From assembly GCA_951406725.2 (NCBI GenBank), contig OX597832.1:7502001-7566000 (forward strand): 64,000 bases of DNA. Reading direction: 5' to 3'. This document shows positions 55,587 to 64,000 of the stretch, in pieces. The notes beneath the pieces are model-generated. The model saw nothing but the letters and a program-made list of their open reading frames with translations. It made no database searches and was not told the DNA's origin. How positions within the stretch are numbered: position 1 is the stretch's first letter; every line of letters begins with the position of its first letter. Position numbers and translations under genes: made by a program. This DNA is from Octopus vulgaris (lineage: Eukaryota).

Positions 55587-56290
55587 ACTGTATGACAAAT
55601 CTTGAACCGACAATTCTGCGCATGACAAGTTAGCGCCGGCAATTCAGCGCAGAGAGAATTTAACGCATCGTGTTTGTGTGTAAATGAAATTTAATTTAAT
55701 TTATTTTGTTTTCAAAATTTCTAAACTGCTCAACTTTGTGAATAAATAGTAATGTTTTAGATTGTTACCACTAACAACCATTGAATAAGCGAAAGCGTTT
55801 TCACTTGTTAATAGTCCAAAAACCATTTTTCTAGTGATACGAGTATACCATATCAATAATGTTATTTTGCAGACTTAGGATGGTATTTTTTCCTTTTTAG
55901 TATTCCATTTGGTTACAAACATTTACTAATCTAAAAACAGAAAAACGAGAAAAACGAGCGGATTTTATCAGAGAAAGGGCGTGAGAACATTTTATTAAAT
56001 GGATTTTGCTATCTTTTAGATAGAAAACTTCGAAATGGAAAGCAGTCTTGGCGTTGTACTGAAGATAAATGCAAAGGTCGTATCTATGTTGATGGAAGTT
56101 TATGGGAAAATGTCATGGAACATAATCCTGTGCCACAGTTAGCAATATCAGCAATGCTTTCAAATAATCTTGAGAGGGCTGGTACATTTAATGATGTCCA
56201 GAGAAGAATGATTCTAGAGATTTGTTTTTGCGCCGAGTTATCATGAGCGGACTTGTCGGCGCTGAATTGCCATGCACGGAATTGTCGGGG
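55587..56290 (+). mobile_element. MULE/Phantom-like deletion derivative with FLYWCH remnant
   Basis: Repetitive inverted ends (GACAATTC, GGCAATTCAGCGC / GCGCTGAATTGCC, GAATTGTCGG); from 55968: SEKGRENILLNGFCYLLDRKLRNGKQSWRCTEDKCKGRIYV...EHN. Confidence 0.75.
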
Positions 56291-56494
56291 TGCTGTGATA
56301 AATAAACCATGAATATCATCCCAACGTCATCGTAATTGTAGATTAATCTCATTGGGTAAAAATACTGAACTTCCTTTTTCCAAGTATATGAAAGAGTATA
56401 TATTGTAAATGAGATGTGTCAAACATTCTAATCATACGATTTATAACATCAATTTCTTCCTCATTACTGCATAATAAAAAACCATGGTTACTAG

Positions 56495-56622
56495 CATTGC
56501 AGGGTGTATGAGATGTCAGGAAGGGGTAGCACTTTTGACGGGGAAAACACGTCACACTTTTAGGGATAGTTCGTCTGCTTTGGTCACCGCCTGGGACCCA
56601 ACTCTCACTTCCAAGTAACATC
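56495..56622 (+). mobile_element. Terminal fragment of a Tc1/mariner-type MITE; inverse copy at 59764-59890
   Basis: CAGGGTGTATGAGAT end shared with ATCTCATACACCCTGTA. Confidence 0.6.
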
Positions 56623-59089
56623 ATTTCAATAACCGAATAAACATTTTAATCCCTATTTGATATTTCAAATGTCGTAACCAGAGGAGAACAACCACACTGA
56701 TGTGCCTTCCTGCAGGTCTCTGTGTTTGAGGAGAGGAAAAGAGGATTTAGATTTCAAATAGGCAGCCTTTTGTAAATGCTTGCAGTCAGATGGACACTAC
56801 TAAAGGCAACTCAAAAAGACAGATGGTGGAAACATTGTATTCTGCCCAAGAAGAGGAGCAGCCCCTTCGATGGGATTCAACATAATTTTCGTCTATCAAA
56901 TTTCACTCACGTGCTTTCATCGACTAAAGTTATTGTAGAAGACAAAACATGTTCCAGGTGCCGTGGAGTGAAATCGAACCTGGAACCTCATGCTAGCAAA
57001 GACGTATCCGTATTTAAACAGTTCCCTGTTAGAAAGCATCTATTTATCTGTATGAAAAAATGGTTAGATTACAATAAAAAGGAAGTTTTTCATTAACCAC
57101 AGTCTCATAAATATATAAATGTATGAAATTGCTTAAGATCACTGAATCAATAAATAAATAAAAATCGATCTAGAAATAGTAAGCAAATCTCACTCAGATC
57201 ACACCCTAAAAAAAGAAACTGATACACTAGATAATGTAGTCCTTTATATCTCTGAAAAGATGGAATGTATTTGCTAGAATGTCTTTGAATTTGAAGATCT
57301 GGATCCCAACGCTTGCTCCTGCCAAACACAACCTATAGCTAGGGGGTTCTGTTAAACATGGCGTCGGATTATCTATATCACTGAACAACAGAAACAGCCT
57401 TGACTCGGCTTTCCTACTGAAACTACATTTGCAAGGCTATGGTCGACTCAATGCTATAACAAAAAAAAAAACATGCTCAAAGCACCGGGATCGAACCCAT
57501 AAGCATGTATTTCGAAGCGAAAATCTTAACCACACAGCTACACCTGCGTCCATTTGTATAACTGTGAAAATTCCAGTTGCTAAAATTTATAGCATTATCT
57601 TATGTTCTTTCGACCTATATTCTATATTACCAAGTTTAAAGTTATATCAACTGCACACAGATTAGATAACATAATAATATTAATATTCTTGCTGTTCTAA
57701 CTTAAGCTATTCATATATATTTTGCCGCATGCATCTGCTTGTGGTTTAATTTATGGGCTCGTTACGGCTTACCATTTGGACAAGCATATACATACAAATA
57801 GAAGGTGTTTATAAAGTTGAATGCCCTCTCCTAGATTTAACAGCTCCAACATAAAAATTGCATTGATACAGTATCTTCCATGCAAAATAGAAAAATAATT
57901 ATGTGTCAAGAATGCCGCCGAAGAACTCACAACAATGCAAAGTCAGCATGTCTAAGTTCATGAATCATAAACCATATTTAACTGCTCAGCCAATGCACAG
58001 AATATTTATTTATTCCTTCTATAAATATCAACACCTCCAACTGTGAACGAAGAAGTATGAACATAAAATATTTTATTTCTCTCTTTATCTAATTCTTTCT
58101 TAAGTTTCTTGTTTTTTTTTTTATTTATTATTTCTCAGTATCATCAATCTTACTGACGAAATATACTCGGAGAGAAAGCGGAAATAAAATTACCCGTCTA
58201 TCTGGACAGCTGACATGAAGTAGTAATACCAGTGCTAGATCGTACATACACTTAAACATAGCAACACAAAATGTTGGATATCTGGAAACTCAACAGCTAT
58301 ATGATACTTCTAGTTTATCATTCTATCAAAGCGAAGTCGATAAAATTGTATTATGGCATTACACAGAGGCTGTCACAGCTGGCCATATCGTTATGATAAC
58401 ACGCAATCGAATAATATTTTCTTTATTCATATCTTATCACTTGAACCTCGGTAGGCCCATAGCCGAGACTTGACACTAACTGGGCTGGCCATATTCAAAC
58501 GGCACTGTTGAATAGTGGTATTGAAGTTCACAGCTGTCAAAGGACAGTCGTCCAAAGAACAACGGTCGTCCGACCTGGTAGAAATAGAAACTAAATTACA
58601 TTTTAGCATTTAGCATCTCAGAAACAGAGAAGGAATATATGATAATTTCATCATATTTTTAAATCTTTTAATTGTTTTAGTCATTGAACTACACAGCAGC
58701 CGTGCTGGGGCAACACCTTGAAGAGTTTTGGTTGAACAAATCGATTCATTCCAGGACTTATTTTCTTTTTAAGTATGGTAATTATTCTATCGTTCTCTTT
58801 TGCAGAAGCGCTAGATTACGGTGACATATACAAACCAACACCGGTTTCAAGCGGTGGTGGGAAACAAACAGAAACGCAAAGATGCACACATATATATATA
58901 CATATATGCATAGACACTTAGACGCGCGAGCTCGTATGTGTATGTCTGCCTTCTTTCTGTTTACGCCCCAAATATCATGCAGTGAGACCGAACGCAAAAC
59001 CATATGGTTAGCAAGCGAACTTCTTAGCACTTCGCCATGCCCGCGCGTATATAGATACATACAGATATATACATATATATATATATGTG

Positions 59090-59123
<34 letters not shown>

Positions 59124-59896
59124 CGTATGTGTGTGCGTATGTATGTGTGTGTGTGTGTGTGCGTGTATGTGTGTGCGTATGTGTGTGTGTGTGTATACTC
59201 TTAAGTAAAAGAAAAATGAACAGGTCATAGGTACATTATGGCTGACACACCTTTATTTCAGTCGATAAAGATTAACCTGTGGGTTAAGCCAACAACATCA
59301 CCACCAATAACAGGATAACTATACTCATGCTGACTGTTCGACTTTTAATGCTGACTTCAGACAAGTACTATGTAAAGGTAATCCCGAAGTCAATATAAAA
59401 AAAATCACCTTTTGCTGAATTTATTTGATTAAGAAACGCAACATAATTAATTATTTGATTAATTAGCTTATAGCGTATTTATTCTTAGATATTATCAGAT
59501 ATATACACTGAAATGGAAAATATCGGAATTTGATATTCTACTTTAATTTATTTACGAGTCAAGTTGGTTGAGATGTTCAATATTTCTCGCTTGAAATTTC
59601 TATTTCTGACACTAAGATAGCAGAAACAGGTGCTGATTTTAACACTATGTGGCTTAATTGCAATTAACAGGAAGCCTGTTACATACTCGTTGGTTACCTT
59701 CACCTGGTTTATACTGCCAGTCGAAGCAGTTTGACTGGTGTGTTGCCGCTGTTACATGCAAACAGTTACTTGGAGGTAAGGGTTGTGTCCCAGGCAGAGA
59801 TGAAAACAGACGAACTATCCCTAAGAGTGCGACGTGTTTCCCTCGTAAAAAAGTGCTACCTCCTTTCTGATATCTCATACACCCTGTAATGCCTCA

Positions 59897-60380
59897 TACA
59901 CCCTGGACAGATATGGCGTTTTTTCACCTTTTTACCATAAGAAGAATTCCCCGCCCCCACAGTAACTGCAGCGAATTTGCTTTTAGAAGTTGAAATATAT
60001 CACAAACATATTTTAACTACCAAAGTTCGCTTACGCCTAAACACTACTTAATACTGATACTGCTATGATTTATTCCGACCTGGCGGTCTAATGGCTCAAC
60101 TAAGTCGATGTTATTGACTATGATTTAGTTAAAACCACGCTTTAATTGAGTCTGTCCAGAGTTGTCTCTCTTTGGTATTTCCCTTTGATAACGGCTAAAG
60201 AGCTGAACACGCACCTGGACAGATATGGTGTTTTCATAACCTTTTACCATTTAGAGAGAATTTTTTCTCCACAGTAACTGCAGTGAACTTGTCTTTAGAA
60301 ATTGAAATATGCTACAAACACATTTTAACTAACCTAAAGTTCGCTTATGCATAAACGCAGCTTGGTACTGATACTGCTGT
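59897..60380 (+). repeat. Partial tandem direct repeat (~170 bp); related copy at 28570-28790
   Basis: 59897-60065 versus 60213-60380 (CTGGACAGATATGG...TACTGATACTGCT). Confidence 0.8.
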
Positions 60381-60699
60381 TATATGTATGAGTGTCTTTG
60401 TACTTGTCCCCCTCACCGGCTGCCAGTGTCACCGTTACTTAGACGTTCGCAAAAGGGTGCAATAGAATAAATAGCAAACGCTAACAACGTATGAACTAGG
60501 GTTGATTTCTTCGATTAAACCTTTGAAGGCGTTGTTCTAGCATGGCTGCAGTCCAATCACTGAAACAAATAAAAGAAAAAAAACAATAACTGATTCTAAC
60601 GGTGACCAACGAAATCGATTTGATATTTGTAACAGTGTAAGGATTTTTTATTTTTCAAACTGGCATTTTAGTATAAGCCTTGTCAGTAACTATATGTAA

Positions 60700-61300
60700 C
60701 ATTTTGGAGATACTGAGGAGCTCAAAGAAAGGTAAAAGCTATAAAGAAAGCACACATAGGTTTAGATAATGGGGGAAAAGATTATTCGGAGAACTATTAG
60801 TTTTGTGCTGTTCCTTATTGCATGCAAAACACTCCAGATAACTACACTTTTCACCAACAAATACGGAAAAATAAAATAGAAACAACATTAGAAGTCAATA
60901 AAAAAGATAAAAGCAGAATACAAATTAATCACCCCTCCAAAGAATAGGAGTTAAAATCTGTCAATAAAAGTCTCCGACATGAGAAAGGAGCAGCTGAAAG
61001 AAAAAATAATTCACAAGAAATTTTAAGAAAATCTGCAGTTTATAGAGATGCGAGGCGGGGAGGTCACAATCACCAAATACCATAGAAGCTCCTTCCGAGA
61101 AAATAAGGACTGGTTTTGGAGAAAAATCTGGAGTGAAGCAGAGTTTAATCAACGTGCAGAGTGGTGAGAAGAAATTCAAAAGCTGTGTGTCATTGTATTA
61201 AGCTAAAAATGTACAGCATCAATTGATTCACAGGAAAAGAGAAACACTAACCTCATTTGTGGACGATCTGTATGTATATACAAAGAGTATGAACGTTGTG
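60700..61300 (+). mobile_element. Decayed non-LTR RT fragment (R4/Dong-like motifs)
   Basis: FWRKIWS (~61115) and FVDDLYVYTKS (~61256). Confidence 0.4.
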
Positions 61301-62186
61301 AATGCCAACCAATTTCCGTCTGACACTTTTTTTGAGTGAACAACGACATCCGATTGGACGCCACTACTTGGAATATGATTCCTTTGAAACCTTTTAGTTT
61401 AATCAGTTAAGTTACAAATGTTCCTGTGAGGTGTTATGTTTGAGAGTAACTCCACACATCCTTTTTCCTACCAAGCTTGGAGACTGACGAAAAGTCATGA
61501 AATCTGTCTTTCGTTCTCCGACTAAATCAGAAAAAAAACAACAAAATACGCAGAAACAGAATCAGCTTTAAATGAAAAAAAAAAAGTAACTATTTATTTT
61601 CTTCCTCTCAATGCTAGCGAAATCGAAGATAAGCAACGGCTTCATGAGTTATTGTGATTAAGAATAAAAGGATTAGATAGTTTAGCTAATCGTGAACTGT
61701 TTCCTCAGAAGAGAGATTTGACACTTCAGCCAAGGTTTAAATTCATTCGCCATTACTCACTCCAACGTCGGCTTCATACGAATCGTGTCTTTGTTCTCTG
61801 TTTAATTTATTTCTGCAGCTGTTCCTTTGCTTGTCTCTTCCATTACCATTAACACAGCACTATTTCTGTTGTCATTACATTTCCTTCATATATAATTTGA
61901 AAGTGTTTTTAATTTCCGAGCTGAATAAAAATATCGGATTCATGTCTGAAGATTTCTTATTCTGTGTGGACATAACCGAACGCTCAGATATTTGCCTGGT
62001 GCAAAAAGCTCTAAAATATTTCATGACCCACATTGTTAGTTGTAAAGAAAAGTAAAGATGTTTTTGTTATTTAGATTTAGACGTGTAATAGAAGGAATAC
62101 CAGTTATGGTTATACCATCGTTTTGTTTTCCAAAAGTAATGTAATCATACTGCATTATCTAATGCATCTATATTTCTTTTAAAGGG

Positions 62187-62570
62187 AGGCGCAATGGCCC
62201 AGTGGTTAGAGCAGCGGACTCGCGGTCATAGGATCGCGGTTTCGATTCCCAGACCGGGCGTTGTGAGTGTTTATTGAGCGAAAACACCTAAAAGCTCCAC
62301 GAGGCTCCGGCAGGGGATGGTGGTGATCCCTGCTGTACTCTTTCACCACAACTTTCTCTCACTCTTACTTCCTGTTTCTGTTCTACCTGTATTTCAAGGG
62401 GCCGGCCTTGTCACTCTCTGTGTCACGCTGAATCTCCCCGAGAACTACGTTAAGGGTGCACGTGTCTGTGGAGTGCTCAGCCACTTACACGTTAATTTCA
62501 CGAGCAGGCTGTTCCGTTGATTCGGATCAACCGGAACCCTCATCGTCGTAACCGACGGAGTGCTTAAAAA
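62187..62570 (+). mobile_element. Young full-length tRNA-derived SINE (family D)
   Basis: A-box TGGCCCAGTGG, B-box GGTTTCGATTCCC, A-rich end. Confidence 0.85.
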
Positions 62571-62746
62571 AAAAATTTTTTAAAGATTATAAGTGTAATT
62601 TAAAGAAGATTTGTCTGACATGTCTATTAAGACTAGCGACCATATGCAGGTAAGGTTTCACAGTTGAGTTAGGTGACATAATAGTGACGACCTAAGAAGT
62701 AAAAGAAATCGACAGGAGTATGATAGTCTAATAAAACTCCACAAAC

Positions 62747-62882
62747 TATTTACATTATTTACATTCGACGGATATTTGTCCTCATCTTGTTTGTTGTTGC
62801 CCGTGGGCATATGGCGTAGTGGTTGAGAGCGCGGGCTACTAACCCCAAGTTTCCGAGTTCGATTCAAAGCAGTGATCTGAAC

Positions 62883-62959
<77 letters not shown>

Positions 62960-63150
62960 TGATGATAAGAACATCGAAAAATACCTTAGGAATGATAACC
63001 TAGGTTCAAAATTTTCCCAAGACACCTGAAGAAGGCTGGAGGGTATATCAGCCGAAACGTTGTGTTAACAACAAACAAGATGAGGACAAAAATAATGGAA
63101 ATAGTGAAAGTAATGTACATAATTCTTCATCTCTTAAATATAGAACTGTA
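62747..63150 (+). mobile_element. tRNA-headed HHR SINE (copy 2) preceded by an inverted copy of the family 3' tail
   Basis: Head at 62805; 62747-62798 is the reverse complement of AACAACAAACAAGATGAGGACAAATATCCGTC...AATAATGTA. Confidence 0.85.
63021..63066 (+). ncRNA. Minimal type I hammerhead ribozyme
   Basis: GACAC-CTGAAGA-A-GGCTG(gagggtatat)CAGCC-GAAA-CGTT-GTGTT; differs from 487-532 only at N7. Confidence 0.85.
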
Positions 63151-63882
63151 AAACACAGCAAATGTTAACCAAGGACGGCACAATGTTCTGGATGTGAGAT
63201 GGGTTATGAGCTATAGCAGCGAGATAATCAGCGAATTGAAATCAGAAAATAAGGCGTGCTAGTGAAGCTGGCCTTGAAATAGTAGCATTCTGTGTTTGTC
63301 CCTGCCACAGGACTTTGAGGTGGGGAGAAGAAAGAAAGAAGACAGAACTTGCGCAGAGTTTTGTTTAGAGTGATCTTGGAGGTGCGCAGTTCTCCTGCAG
63401 CACACACTTCGCGCTCATGGTGATAGTTAAATACTAATACAGTTACCTACGAAAGAGCATCCACCGGTCGTAATCTTAGATAGGTAAGGATTAGTCTTAA
63501 ACCGAACGTATTGTCGACAGTCTAGGTTACGTCCTCTTGACTACATATGTATATGTGACAAACGAAGAATTGACATTGAGATTCGGTTAATGAGCATAGC
63601 ATGGTGATGATAAAATAGAGTATGTAGTTCGGGTTTCCTCGAATGGAGGACGGAGTAGGTCGATCGAAATTATTTTAAAGAGAATAAACTGACATAAAGT
63701 GCATGAAAGAACGACTGTTAACAGGACAGGTGTGTACGCGCACACACACACACACACAAAGACGCACACGTACACAAAGACGCACACATACACGCACATG
63801 CAAATTGGTACGAGCTTCAGATAAGTAATAAGATACATACACGTATAGGTAATTTTTTTTATCTTATAAATATATACATACA

Positions 63883-63987
<105 letters not shown>

Positions 63988-64000
63988 GTATATATATATA

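Noticed and set aside
62187-62260. Functional tRNA genes (also at 255, 30338, 62805)
   Set aside because: A and B boxes are present, but acceptor stems do not pair and each continues into a SINE body.

Overview
AT-rich, microsatellite-saturated eukaryotic intergenic or intronic DNA with no recognisable host gene. The SINE types and repeat landscape resemble a cephalopod (Octopus-like) genome; this is an inference. Nearly all long ORFs in the track are translations of simple repeats. The real coding remnants are transposon-derived: Tc1/mariner (several), a hAT, a FLYWCH/MULE derivative, L1/Tx1-like, CR1-like and other LINE pieces, and two Penelope-like element (PLE) remnants (one RT-bearing, one GIY-YIG-bearing). 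There are also many tRNA-derived SINEs, a 5S-headed SINE chimera, a Helitron-like element and a solo LTR. The main signal is a dense set of hammerhead ribozyme (HHR) motifs: nine minimal type I motifs in five short-element families, plus degenerate ones. They include (i) a tRNA-headed SINE ending in an HHR with a Penelope-style inverted tail, suggesting a PLE-mobilised SINE, (ii) family-fixed core variants (A6U, U4C), and (iii) a candidate HHR at 27687-27747 whose three strands occur in a non-canonical, pseudoknot-like order. All structures were read by eye; no folding or database searches were run.
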